A DNA stretch of 64,000 bases from Paramecium tetraurelia (lineage: Eukaryota): NCBI GenBank assembly GCA_000165425.1, contig CT868119.1, positions 434,001 to 498,000 on the forward strand, read 5' to 3'. The notes below the pieces were generated by a model. That model saw nothing but the letters and a program-made list of their open reading frames with translations, was not told where the DNA came from and made no database searches. A program made the translations under genes and the position numbers. Positions 25,504 to 41,541 of this stretch are shown one piece after another (positions within the stretch are counted from its first letter, which is position 1; each line of letters opens with the position of its first letter).

Positions 25504-26570
25504 ATGGATAAAATAGAAAAAATATATGACTACATCAGAGAAAAAGGAAGCAAATAGTTATTCATCCTAATCTCGATACAAATGTCATTCCTAATAATAT
25601 CATGCGTCACCTTTATTATACTTGAAAACAATTAAACTGATGCAGAATACAGAAGAGAAAATTTATACAAATGGTTGATTTTATTATTGTTTAGTTTATC
25701 CTAATACTATTATGCCTGGCATTCAGTAATTATTGATGATATTAAATAAGATTATCAAGAAAAACATGTTAGAATTGCTTGCTTATCTAATAATATCTAT
25801 ATGCACAACCACAGCTAGTACATTACGCTATTTCTACATCAGTATGAATGAAGAATTAGACCACAAAATAGTAAGTAATTTTCATAGACTTAGTTGGTTT
25901 AAAGTGTTTGTTACATATATATTGTTTTTTCAATATTTGTGCAAATTGTGGGATTGATTTCTTATAAATACTTCTTAGAAGCCTTCAGAGATGAAATATT
26001 TAAAAAAATAGGAGCCTCTGTGAATGAGTAGAATAAGTTTAAATGGTTTACTTCATTTGAATGCCTTCTAGAAGTTTATGCTTAATTAACACTTTTGATC
26101 TTTGTCACTTTCTTTTTTTTCTTTGATACTTCAATAGATGACTAGAAATAGGTTCACCTTATTGCAGATATCTGTGCAATAGTAATAATTATAATTGGAT
26201 TTGCCATTGGTTATATAGGAGTAAATTATAATATTATTAAAAAGGTGAAAAAAAGACAACTCAAATTAGTCTATTTATATTTTGGAGTTGCCTTCCTAAT
26301 TTGCATTGCTGAGAATGTCAAACTGTTTTTATTTTTATAGTATTATGATTATTAATTCGAAAAAATACATTTAGATTGGGCAACATTTTCAATAATCACA
26401 ATAGTTTTCTCTAGCAGCATAATTGTGTTGGTAAATATATCTAATACAATTTAAAGGGATATAATTTCTATTATGGATATAAATGTGTCTAGTTGAAATT
26501 GATGGATATCAAGACTTTTGATGCGGATAAAAATTCGAACGATCATTTTTTATCATAATATGACTACTGA
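25504..26570 (+). CDS. Multi-pass membrane protein (UPF0658-like, tentative)
   Basis: About 8 hydrophobic segments, with YYAWHS/IIKKNMLELLAY and AFRDEIFKKIGAS; several tiny introns. Confidence 0.6.
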
Positions 26571-26890
26571 AATTAACATAATTGTCATTTTAATAAATAT
26601 TCTTAATCAACTAAGGTTGTGTATCTATTTCTCAACTTCCTGCCAGTTTAGCTTATAAAAAATTTATAAATTTCATGATGTCAAACCTTAATTACCAAAT
26701 TCTTTTTGTCCTTAGTCTAAATTATTTAATTTATTATAAACAAAATCTAAACAATATATATGATTGTATATTAACTACATATATTAAAATGAAATGATTA
26801 TTCCACAGTAATATAAAAAGAGAAAGAATAAAATTTGGACAATCAATTAATTATTTACAATTTCTTGTATAAAGCAATATTCAAACTAGT

Positions 26891-28342
26891 TCAAATGGCT
26901 TAAATGTTTCTCAAAGATTCCATTTGAGAGGCTTAAGGTTGTTGTTGTAGTGTCTCATTTATAAGTGGTCCCAGATGGATTCTTATCTCGTCAGTCCTAC
27001 TGCTCCATTAAAGCATGTCAGAATCTTTCTTAATGCAGCCTTAATATTTAAGCATGGATTCTTAATCGAACAAACTTCTGCAATTAGGACAGCTCTGGTG
27101 ATAAGTGGTATCACATTACTTTATGTACGTTCATCCATTTATCAAAACAAGTTGTATGGAAGATATGATTGCAAAAGGTGACTCTTACAAGTGAATCATC
27201 ATAAAAAGGATCAAGACAAATCAGGCACTGATTATATGTTGCAAATCTATCGCATCTAACTCTAAGTATTCCATATTCTTGAGATGGAAAGAGTATCTCT
27301 GTTAATGATGGCAATTGCTTTAGATCATATTTTATTTCCACTTTCTTTTTTGCTTTTTATTTGGGATAACATTTCGATTTCATAAGACAAAATATAAAAC
27401 ATAAAGCAAATGAGGACAGAGTAGTAGATAGAATAATAGTTAGAAGGTAATCATCAGAAACTGAATTAGAACTCTCCAGATAAATAAGATAATTTGAATC
27501 AAAGTACACTAGATAATAAAAGTTGATCGTGGAATTTGATTATTCCTTTAAATCTATTACATCGTTATAGCACTCCTTGACTTGATCTAATGATATATGT
27601 AATGTGGTTGTAGTTTATTTTGAGATTTAATTAAGATTGAAATTTTAAGTGATGCAAAATCCATAGAATGAAGTCGAATTTTAAAATTGTAATTAAACTT
27701 CTTCTTTCTCGTAAAAAAACTACTCAATATCAATGTAATAAATCTTTCCACCTTAAAAAATCTACTATTATGTGAGATCATCAATGATTAGATTACAATC
27801 TTAACCAATTTATGCAATATTACAATTACAATAACGAGATTAACATTCAGTGTCATGTTGACAATCCCTTTTATATCGTTAATAAATACAATATGCATTG
27901 ATTGGAATTTATTTATTATATTCTTACTAAAATATCGGCTTCATAATCTGATTGAAACCCAATGTAGGAAGATTCATCATATTAATAGATTTGATAGTAA
28001 TTTGATATTAATAAGTTGATTGATTATTTCTGCAGGATTAAATACTACGTTTATTTCATTTGATAGGAAAACCAATTCACAATGCATCTAATTAAATAGT
28101 AATACTCACTTTTCTTCAGAGAGTAGTTGCATAAAGTTGGATTAGGTCGGCTTTATGATGCAAATAAATAGAAAAGGTCCTACTTTTTTTGGATCTGTAA
28201 ATTGGGATTCCAACGTTATTTTTATTTAATTATTGTTTAAATTGAAGGGCATTGTGATAAAGTTAATTCCTTTGAATTCATTTTGTTAGATAATGGGCCA
28301 TGTACTGACATATTCTAATAAAAGGTATAAACATAATATCAT
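26891..28342 (-). CDS. Signal peptide-TM-RING-H2 E3 ubiquitin ligase
   Basis: Hydrophobic N-terminus and a TM at ~27390-27450. RING CLICLDPF...VTFCNHIFHTTCFDKWMNVHK/SCPNCR is split by a 25-nt intron. Confidence 0.85.
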
Positions 28343-28468
28343 AATTATAAATTATAAAAAACAGTTTGGCAATTCAAAATTTAGAAAAAGAGTTAGTTTA
28401 GAATAAGCATAGAATTCGAATAAAGAAATTGGTTAATCCAAATATATATATATAAATATTTAATTAAT

Positions 28469-29124
28469 ATGAATACATCCTCCAAACCATTCATTATTAG
28501 ACACATACAAGAGAACTATTTGGTGTCATCTGATTCATCTTCTTTCGATGCGATTGTGGAGAAAAGAATATAATTTGTGCAAGGAGCAAACACCTTCATA
28601 GCAGTAATTATTAATTTGAAAATAATAGGTGATGTTGAGTTATGATAGTTTGTAACATGGATTCCAATTTTTCTAATATTATGATAAGTGTCTGTCATAT
28701 GCGTATATGATTGGAGCTTTGTTGATAGGGAATATATTTTGGATTTTGTGTTCAATTTTTGGGTTTTATTCAATCGATGCCAAGAATTCCCAGAAAATTC
28801 ATAGGTATCAAGTATATACGACTAGGGGTATTATTTTGCATTATTGTGGGTTTTGTTTACAAGGATTCTTGTCTATGGATATATGGCATATCAAATGAAT
28901 TAGTTTAATATATACCCCCAATCAGAACAAGCTATAAGTGACATCGTCTGTGAGTCACTCAATCAAACAGGATTGATTATAATGCAAATCACAATCGAAT
29001 CAGTAGTTTTGTTGATTATGATCTACTTCTCTCGTTCAATCAGATATTACATAAAATGTAAACTTCGAATATAACATTAGAATGGGAAGTCAATGAATAC
29101 TCAAAGAATTGGCCAGGAATATGA
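28469..29124 (+). CDS. Small multi-pass membrane protein
   Basis: MNTSSKPFIIRH... with about 4 hydrophobic segments; ends KNWPGI-TGA. Confidence 0.55.
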
Positions 29125-29605
29125 ATTAATATCAATCATAAGATCTTCTATAAATCATTATTTTTATTTCTCCTATTTAAAAGTCTTAATTACACCCATC
29201 AAAAGTATATCATTATAGTTGAATAATAAATTATTCCTATTAATAGCTTATAAGTTAATACTAATTTTTAGATCTTCAAATTCATAGATTCTTAGTAGTT
29301 AAATAAATTTATTCTAAATCCGATATCTTTCTAATTGTTTTAATAATTAATGAATCAATTGCAATTAAAAAAATGGATAATTAGTTACTCAATGATTTGA
29401 CTACTCATATTGAGTCCACTTTTATATCAATCCTAAATTATGATAAATTTAAAAAATGAATCAATAGTTCAATTTCAGATTTGGCTAAGGAAGAGAGACT
29501 AGATTGGGATAAATAGCAATATATTTTATGAAAAGAGTTTAATGAATTTGTCTAGTGTTTGAATTCAATTTAATCTATAAAATAATTAATATATAACTGT
29601 TCTAG

Positions 29606-32207
29606 ATGATAGTCAGAAGAGATCGCATTCATCATCAAGGCAAAACTAATCGAGACTTCAAGTACACTGTTTCATTTCATTCAAGGATGTAGGATTCATT
29701 GAAAAATACTTCACATAATCAAAATAGTTCTTTGGATGGAGATAGAATCGCTACATTATCTATTCCGAAAAATAAGAAGTTCTCTGAAATCTTAGACCAA
29801 AAATCTAAAAGAATTGTACAATGCAAAGATCCAGTTGATGAAACTAAAACATCTGCCAAAAAATTTTACTAACATCATTTGATCGGCTACCCAAGGTATT
29901 CTTCGTTGTGCAAATTAGATCCTCCAATTTAGAAGAGAAGGAATTGATGAAACGAGTGTTTTGTGGTGATTCTAATACACTCTTCTTTGATGAGGAACAC
30001 AGACAAAGTTAAGAAGGTCCAATTCATACTAAATGTATAATCTACAATACTAATTTATTAGAGGAGTAAAAGGAGAAATTGGCTTAACAGAAAAGAGAGG
30101 AGAACACCACAGGAATTCAAGAAACCTAATTAGTGGGTTTGGAAAATAAGAATACACTTGAAGGCAAAGTAGATCTAGAAAAAGTTAGAGATATCAGAAG
30201 AGCTATAAGAAGAAGATATGCCAATAGAAAAAACTTCTAAAAGATCTTCAATTTGTGGGATGAAGATTCTAATGGTGCTGTTAGTGTTAAGAATCTATAC
30301 AACATGATATAAAGATTAGGCATAAATATTAACATCGATGAGGCAAGAGTCCTATTGGCTAGTGCTGATATGGATGGTTCAAGTGATTTAGGATTAGATG
30401 AGTTTCTGGATCTCATTTTCAATGATAAGGATGCTCTTAATGTAAATTTAAAGGCATTGCCAGCATTAACTGAGGATGAAAAGGATTCCTTAGTCAAAAA
30501 CTAGGAGACCATTGATTATCTCAGAAAGGATGCTATGCAGGCTAGAGATAGAAGACATTAAAATCAAGTCAATCTCATTCTTAAAAACAGAGTATTTTAT
30601 CTCACTATAATTTAAGTTATAATAATTGGGACAATAACTAACTATGTAGGATGAGTTGTAGAAAGGATACATAAGTTATGGAAGATTTGAAAGAGTCATT
30701 AAGAAATTAGAAATAGATCCCAGTATATTATCTGAATAGGATCTCAAAATCCTGTATGAGAATTTTAAAAACCAAGATGACACCTTTGATTATAAAAAGT
30801 TCTTAAATCATTTGAAATCATTCTAATTGAAGGAAGAAGTTTACGACGATCCGTATCTAAACAAAAACCAAGAACCAGTAGATAAAAAGTAGTTGTTACT
30901 AAAAAGTATGAAATATTAAGAGGATCAACTCATTACACTATTTGACATCACAAGATTAGATGCCTACTCTTTGGAGAAGATGAAGAAGAAGACTAAGACC
31001 CTTGTGAATAAGATTTAGAGATATATCCCATCGCAAACTAAATTTGAAGAATTTCTAAAAGGTAAAATCTAAGGGAATAATGTGAATGTGAAGGAGTTCT
31101 CTCATGTGATCGTGCAATTCTTGGAAAGTGTTAATGAAAGATACTAAAAGTTCGATCTTGAAAGCATGCTCAGTGTATTGCAATTTGGCCAATATGAAAC
31201 ATAAAAAGCTGACGAAATTGTTAGGATATTGTTTAAGTATTTGATAGATCCATTTAATTTAGTGAAACTGACTAGGAATTTTATGATAGAGCTTAATTGA
31301 GATAAAAGGGACCAGCTCCTCCTGAAAAGGTATCCAAAGTTGACTAACCACTTCAAGCTATCGAAAATAAGGAATAAGATATTGAAAAATAAATCTGTAT
31401 GAATCTATTAATACTCCAATAGAGTTTTATAATTAGGAAGCAGGAATGACGTGGTACCTACCTAACCAAACTAAAGAATTATCAGATGTATTGATGAAAG
31501 TTGAGAACTCTCTGTTTAACAAATCCGAAAGAGCCTATAAACTATTTAAAGATTTTGACAAAGATAAGGATGGATACATCTCGCAGTAGGATATGAAATA
31601 GAAATTCGAGGAGATGAATATACTCAATGGACAGGAAATCGGAATATTAATTAATTATGTTGATCCGACTAACAAAGGATATGCAACCTTCAATGAATTT
31701 CATGAGAAACTCAGAGCTGGAATGACCATCTTCGATACTGCAGGGAATCAGTTGATTTCAATTAATAGTTAACCTGGAAAGACTTTTTAAAGTGCAGCCA
31801 AAGCCTTCTTACCTGAATTGTCAAGATTAACTGAAGAATTCAAAAAACCTTTTAGACCCCAAACAAATCATACCGATATCAGGCCTTCCACTAGGTTTGG
31901 AGCCACTCCTGCTTTCAAAAACACGTTTTAAAACTTTGTTCCTCCGAAGACTTCTCCTATGTTCATGACTCAGGGGGAGAGATTCTCAAAAAACAGGGAA
32001 TAATTCATTTAGGATGAGAAAAGTCAGAACAACCAAAAATACGAAAGCAAACTTAATAGAATACGACAATATCATCAATCTATAGAATAAAGAATTTAAT
32101 CTGCATAAGAGTAAAGGGATTAGAAGGATGCAAGCAATTTAAAATCAAAATAAATGGCACAATGGACATATGAACATAAAGCCCATCTTAAAAATGATTA
32201 TTTATGA
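29606..32207 (+). CDS. Large multi-EF-hand protein
   Basis: EF hands FNLWDEDSNGAVSVKNL, ADMDGSSDLGLDEFL, FKDFDKDKDGYISQQDM and VDPTNKGYATFNEF; several tiny introns. Confidence 0.85.
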
Positions 32208-32225
32208 TTAAATATATATTTATAA

Positions 32226-32822
32226 ATGGGATCATCTTGTGCTAAATTTGTGTGTTAAGACCATGTGGATTCTGATCTAATGAGTTTAGAATCCAAAATG
32301 AAAACATTGAATGAAATGAGTAGAAGTACTAAATTTTCTTCTCTGAAATTGAGTATTACCTACACCGTCCCTGTAAATTAGAAGGCTTCGGAAACGGAAA
32401 TACAGGATCAAGATCGCCCTATTCACAAAATCAATAAAAGCAAGGGGAGAATGAAAAACTTCAATTTTCAGGAAGATCATCAACAATAATTTTGGCTTTC
32501 TCAAGTTTCTAGGATTACTGAAAGTCCAGTGAGTGTGAAAAGTGAAACCAGAAGAATCAAAAAGAAAAATAACCCTAAGCGAGATCTTATTTAGATTTAA
32601 AATTTAGATTTATCATTTTATATTCAGAGAATAAGTTACTAATTAGAGAATAGAGAAGTGCAATCTCAGAGAAGTATCCTTAGGTCCCCCTTGAATAAAA
32701 GTTTAAACTCTCTCTCAGAACACAAGAAAGTACATTTTGCTTAGGGCACAAAGTTTAGGTCCAATAAATCTTCGCCCTCTAAAAGAACTTAACTTAAGCA
32801 ACATAGAGGAAGTTTAATTTGA
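32226..32822 (+). CDS. Putative myristoylated protein with SILK/RVxF-like motifs
   Basis: 198 aa, intronless: MGSSCAKFVC...RSILRSP...KKVHFAQGTKFR. Confidence 0.75.
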
Positions 32823-32880
32823 TTGTCTTCTGAGTTTGTATTAGCAATATTTTTATATTATATTTTTACCATATTCTTAA

Positions 32881-33597
32881 ATGGGATCATGTCAAATCTA
32901 AAGAGTAGAATCCGAATCTAATTCCTGTAAAGAGTCTTCTTCAAAGTGCCAATATTCCAAATCATCAGTTATCATGAATCAAATTGTCTAACCTACTAAT
33001 GCTGAAAATAAGCTTGAATTAGACCAAATAATTGAAGACGAAGAAAACTTGCTTACTGTACAAACCAGAATCAAAAAGAACAAGAGATTCTACAATTTTC
33101 AAGAAGAAGAATCCCTCAGAAAAATATCCAATAGAGATGAAGTTGAATCCCTCAAAATAGGAGCAAAACAAAAACGACGCCTATTTAGGACCAGTGTAAC
33201 ACACAGTCATTTTGATGAAATTAAACAACATTCACCACCTCTCAATCAATCTTTATAAACAGAAAAGGAAGATGATGCGAAATCTGTGAAAAGCATATTA
33301 AAAAAAAATAGCAAATTAAAAGATAGTCTAAGTGGCTCACCAGAAACTAGATCTGTTCGCTTTGCAAGAGGCACCATCTTTAGAACCAAAAGCCAACGTT
33401 CCATTCGCCAATCCAAAAATAAAAAGCCTAATCGGCCTGACTCTAGACAAAATGAATCTATCAACTCTTTTGAAAATAAAAGTCCGAATTGGAAAAGACA
33501 CAGGGAACAATAAAGAGTTTAAATTACCAATGTTCCGGTTCTTTTTTCAATGAATCAAAATATAGGAGTTAAAACTAAACTTTTCTCCTACTATTGA
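32881..33597 (+). CDS. Tandem paralog of the upstream gene; myristoylated with SILK/RVxF-like motifs
   Basis: 238 aa: MGSCQIQ...KSILKK...RSVRFARGTIFR. Confidence 0.75.
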
Positions 33598-34552
33598 GAA
33601 ATCTTCATCTTATCTCAATGTTGATAACAATTAATGAGTATTAGATTGTATTATATCATTAAATATGTTCTTTAATTAATATAGACCATGTTTAATAGGG
33701 TTGAATTTCGTAACTAAATTCTTCACAAATTATTTTCGTAAATTTGATGATATATTGTGTAGACATGCCTAACATTTACTCCTTTTTTACCAGAGTAACA
33801 GTACCCAAAGAATGACGATTAAATTTGTCAAATAACTTAAAAAATATTACTTTTAATTAAATATAATAATTTTTTATTTTCATTTCTTTGAAAATTCATT
33901 CCGAGTATTTAATACTTAATTTTTAATTATATAATTAAATAATATCATAGAGAATTTGATAAATTCTCGTTTGATTCGTTAAACAGAAAATCTGAATGTT
34001 ACTTATCTATGATATCTTAGGCAAATTCTATAGAAATAAAAAAGTAAGGAACAATATTTTAAGATATCCATAATTAGATACATATTTTTTAATATAATTA
34101 TTTCTATTGATTAGTTTTAGAATTTATTTAATCCAAATAGAATTGTTGAAATCCACTTCACTTTAGAAGGGATTTGGGGCTATTGAGAATTCATAAAATG
34201 AATTATGACTAATATTTCTGAATTCATACTATTTTCATATTGATGAAGAACAGAAAGTCTTCAATATGTGATCTCAAAAAAATCCAACTAAGTAAGATAA
34301 AGGCTAATTACAAAAACAATCTAATCATGCTATTAAGATACAATAATAAATTTTATAGTATATATATAATTAAAAATCAGTTTATCTTTTGATATTTACA
34401 ATGTCGATTTAGAATTTGTCTTTATTAAAATAATACTGATATGAATGCTACAAATAATATCTAATATCTAAATGAGTATTATAATAAGTATATTTATACT
34501 AGTTTAGATATATAATATTTTAATAGTCTATAATGATTCTTCATTAATAAAA

Positions 34553-36651
34553 ATGATAGTAATTATATTCGCTATTATCTCAATAATATTGTGCAATTTT
34601 GATGAAAGCATGAGATGGGGAACCTATAAACCTCAATTAATTCATGCAGTAACACAACGAAATATGAAAACATTTAATCCGATAACAGGAGCTCTTATGT
34701 ATGCAGATCATATTGGGACAGATGATCGATCATTAGTTTATAAGATCCCAGATTTAAACACTGAGCAAGTGAAAATTAATCCAGTTCATCATAATGGTAA
34801 GGACTTTAATGTTTAAGTGATAAGTGATCCAAACACAAAGTCTATAATTTAAACAACTCTTATAAAATTTCCAATAGAATCTAAAGTGAACTTTGTTGAT
34901 GAAATCAAAACCTTAAATATTGAAAAGCCATTGTCCTTGTTCTATGTTTTAACCATTGAGCAATTCAATCAATTTAATTTGGAAACAAGAACTTTTGAAG
35001 TAAATGTGACTAACCATGGTATCAGAGTTAGCACTTACAATGAGGATGAAACAAGAATAGAACACTTCTTTATCACGATAACTGTAAATGATAGAAATTA
35101 TTAATACAATTGCACCGATGAGAAATTGTCAAATCTAACCATAAGGACTTTGTTTAACGATTACATTTTTAATTATGATCCTAGACCAACCTTGATGTAG
35201 GCAATCTTCTCCAATAGTACAAATACCAATAATTCGAACTTGGTTGCCATTGAATTCAGAGCCTAACCTGGAGATAATGTAATTATTCAAGTAACACAAA
35301 CTGATAAATATATACCTGATTATGGATTTGATAATCTGGAATAGTTGAGTGATAGTTTGGCAGCAGTCAACAGGTTCAATTTTAAAAAAGTATTTGGAAC
35401 TGATAATAAATGTGCCTATTCTAGTTTTAGTAATTTGATGGCAGGCTTATTATTCACTTATGGAAATCTCAGTTGTGTGATAAATAAGGATACGTGCACA
35501 GCCTTTAAGCCAATGTTAAGTCATACACCTTCAAGATTTGGATTCCCTAGACCTTTTCTATGGGATGAGGGTTTTCATAATATGATTGCTTGTAAAATCA
35601 ACCCAGATATTTGTCTATAAAGTTTAGAAGATTGGATCAATACTATGTCGATTGACGGTTGGATACCTAGAGAGTAACCAAGAAGTGAAGAATTGAGATC
35701 ATACATTCCTTGGTTAAAGGAGGATCCTAGAGAATCAAATCCACCAACATTCTTCTTTAATTTTGAATATCTGATTGATAACCATCCAGAATATAAGGAA
35801 CGCATAGGAAAAATCTATCTAAAGCTCTTCTCTTGGTACAATAACTGGTTCAGAACCTAAGCGATTTTCAATGATTAAGGTAAATTTTCAGGATTTTTAA
35901 AATGGTGGGGTCCTGATGAGGATAGTAATTTAGGCTCAGGTCTTGATGATTGGCCAAGAACAGATGGGAGCAAGGTATCGAAATATAATATAGATGCTTA
36001 AAGTTGGGGATACTTTTTCACTTTTCATATGGCTAAATTAGCAAAACTCTATGATGTTGGGATAGTTAGTAGTCTTGAACAGAGATTGGAACTAATTTTG
36101 AATAAGATGAATGTAATTCTCATAATCACTATTTATAGTCTGATATGCTGGACCCAAATGACTTAATTTATAAGGATATACTCTATTATCCTAACACAGA
36201 TGATTAAGTATTTTACTCTCCTCATAGAGGGTATGTGAATCTATTCCCTCTAGGATTAGGGTTGATTGACAAATCAAGAGTTGACATTATCCAATAACAA
36301 ATAAACTTTATGAGAAGTAGCACTATGTGGACACAGTTTGGTATTAGATCTTTAGAAAGTAACAGCACAGAATTTAGAAAGAAATCTAATTATTGGACTG
36401 GACCTATTTGGGTGAATATTTAATTTTTGGTGTTGAGAGCATTAAAATTATACTATTGGGAAATTGATGGAGTATAATAATTCTATCGCGATTTAAGATC
36501 TAATATGATTGAGACTATATGCTCACAATATGAAACTAGAGGATACTTCTACGAGCACTATAATCAAAATTTAGATGGTTTAGGATAAGGCAATAGACCA
36601 TTTAATGGATGGACTAGTTTAATAACTTTAATAATAGCAGAAAAGTATTGA
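34553..36651 (+). CDS. MOGS: Mannosyl-oligosaccharide glucosidase I (GH63)
   Basis: Motifs WGTYKP, TPSRFGFPRPFLWDEGFH, GWIPREQ (Q=TAA), SNPPT, LGSGLDDWPR, YWTGPIWVN and FYEHY...PFNGWTSL; one intron at ~36112. Confidence 0.95.
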
Positions 36652-37056
36652 AATATAATCAAAATTCCTTAATTTATTTGATTTTTAGAAACTAAATAGA
36701 TTAATAATGCAAAGTATTTTAAGATTCTAGTTAATCACATAAAAGGATTTTTTAATTTTTTATGTAATACATTTATAACATCTATTCGAATCAAGATTGT
36801 GGAATTTATCATTAACTTTAAATATAAGTGTAAAGAGAGAGGATTTAATTTAAATCTTATACTATTTAGTAATGGAAATAAAGATCTCTTCTTGTTAAAT
36901 GAGAGTTTCTGATATCATTCACATTTCTTCCCTGCCACTAGATTGTGTGTAATTCCACATTCAATCCATTATTTATTCATCAATTTCTATTCCTTCATCT
37001 TAAATCATAGTCCCTATTTTGCATTAAGTACTATTATTAAATATATTTAATGTTAT

Positions 37057-39184
37057 ATGAAAATTTATAAGAGTAATTACAAGAATGCCTTCCTGAATAT
37101 TAACGATAGTTTGTTATACAAAACTACTAAAATTTCTTAGATGCTTCAAAAGACAAAGACCCAGTATATTAATAGTTTGTATAATTGATTGATAAATTCC
37201 AATCAGCATCAAGTTAAATAGAAGTAAGAATTTGATTTAATGGAAGGTAATTTCTAAGGACATCGAGAACCTAAAAAATGCTAAGGCTAGATGCAAATAG
37301 TTGCTTGAGGAGTAAGTCATAAAAGTGGAGGATGTTGTTGAAGATGTATAGGCTGAAGATCAATTGACGGAGATGCTAGATAATTTATCTATGTTTACAT
37401 TTGAGAAAAATTACGAATAGGCTATAGAAAGTTATAGATTGTTAATTGAAACTCATTAATCTAAGAAGTTTATGAAATTGATTAAGAAACCAGAAATCAA
37501 GAGATAATTGGATGAAGCATTCAAAAGTCTTTGTTAATCGATATTCAATGATTACATAAGTCAGAATGCTTAATTTGATTCATCTTAATTAATGCAATAT
37601 TTGATGGTGTTAAATTAGGTTGAAATGCTTATCAAAGGATATCTGCAAATACAATAAGATAAATTTGTTAATTGGATTGAATAATAAAATTAATTCAATG
37701 AAAAACAAGTTTAATAGTTTGTAGGGAATATACTAAAAGTGAATCAATAATACGAATCAATATTCGGAGAGTATCTGAGGAAAAACCAGTTATTGTTTTC
37801 TTTTATTTCCATATGGAATTAATAGATTATCCAGAGTTACTTCGATAAAATTCAAGAGAACTTTTTCTAGGATGTTGTGTCTTTTGATGATATATTTTCT
37901 AAATCTAAAACCTTGTTGAATACATTTTCTCAATATCAATCCAAAGGAATATCAATAGATTTTGAGATTCAAAAGGAGCTAGCCATTTATATAGAGAATA
38001 AGGTGAATGAGTTGTTTGGAGTGTATGGTTAGAAGATTAATTAGTATATGCATTTCAATGAAAATAAGTTGGTAAAGATTGAGTTTCTGCCTAATCTACT
38101 TGAAAGTGATAAATTATTAGAATCAAAGGAGATGGAGATGTCTAACAAACCTTAGGAGGTTAAATTAAAGGCTTCGGCTACGATAAAGAGTACATTCGAT
38201 TCACTCAGCCAAGGAGTATCTATTAGTTCTTGTTTCTTTTGGAATATAGTCTTTAAATTAGGAGATTCTGCTTTGAATTTTTTTAATCCAGAACAATACT
38301 CTTTATTATCGACAATGTTGAGTGAATCAATATCTAAATTATTGATTCTATTCATAAAAGATTATTTAAGTGCAATAAGAACTAATAGGAAGGAAGGTTA
38401 ACTATTATTTGAAATAGGAAATTTATTTGGAAATTATAATTTAAATAGTACTTTAATTAATTATTTATCAACAAGAGCATCTAATCTACCTATCCAAAGC
38501 AATAGCGAATGGAAAAGGGCGATTCAAGATTGGGTGGATGAATTAAAATAATTAATACAATAACAATATAAAAATACGTATTTGTAGATGTTACCATTTT
38601 GGATTTGTGAGCATGGAAAGATTTACATATAGAAGTAACTTGTAGTTCAAAAGCCATCACCATTGTTTTTGATGATTGGATTTTCAATAATGGAAATGAA
38701 CAATCAATTTAAATCACGGATACCTCAAGCACCAACACTTTATTATTTAGGGTTGCTATGGGATTATACAAAATATTTGTTGGAATATTCATTATATTGG
38801 TCATACCACAATTAAGGGAAAAACAATGAGGTGTTTTTGTTGGATGCTAAATCTAGAAATGAACTCAAATTAGACATGAACCAAATAAACCTGCAATTCC
38901 AATAGAGTTCTATAAAAATACAACAGATATCACAAGACGGATTGAAGTAGCTGATATTGGACACTCAATTTGTTTTTGATCTTTTCAATCGATTCATAGG
39001 GCAATTGCAACAAAATGATTAATTCTTACCGAAGTTGGTGTCATTTTACTGTAAGGATAAGAAATGTTAATAACCGCAGATGAATAGTTAATCTTTCGAA
39101 TAGTATTTCACCTAAAGTTTTCAATAAGATATGATACAAGCAAAAAATTACATCGAACAACAAAGAAAGAGTATAGTGACATGA
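37057..39184 (+). CDS. Exocyst Exo84-like tethering subunit
   Basis: N-terminal RQFVIQNYQNFLDASK resembles the Vps51/Exo84 motif, and C-terminal DGLKQLILDTQFV resembles plant Exo84 GLQQxxLD. Helical throughout. Confidence 0.6.
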
Positions 39185-39215
39185 TATTATTTGATTTAAA
39201 TTTATAATTAATTTA

Positions 39216-40855
<1,640 letters not shown>

Positions 40856-41541
40856 ATATAATATAGTTAAATTTTAGTTTTCTAATACCATAAATTATTA
40901 GAAAATAATATTATTTGAATGAAGAATTCCCCTTTATCTTGATACAAATTATTATTTGTAGATAGATATCAATACTAATAATAATTGGAAATTCTCAAGA
41001 GAGAATTAATGATTACAATTATGAATTAATGATTTATAATACCTATTCTTTAAATTAATAAAATAACAATTGAATCTAAAAGATAGGATTCTTAAGATCA
41101 TGATATCAATTTACAAACCATTATAGCTTTAGATATATTACTCATTAAATAAAATATAAAAATAAACTTTTGCGAATTGATATTTGATTTTCAAAGGAGA
41201 CTGAATTTTTGAATGTGGTATTCACTCAATCAGCTTAAAATTATAGTGGAGAGTTTATAAAAATATTCTTACAAGCGTTTTTTAATAAAATAGACTCGAT
41301 TATTATTTAGTTGCAACCACTTCATAATAAATGATATAAATAAATTAACAACAATCAATAAAGCATATCTTAATAACATTGGGTTAATTAAAATTAATGG
41401 AAATGCTGAAATGTAATTAAATAATATAGGAACATGTAATATTTTATTACCTTACATATTAAAACTATCAGTATTTATATAAAGAATAATAAAAAGACTA
41501 ATAAAAGATTAGATAATTATATCATGAGTTTGTATAAGAAT

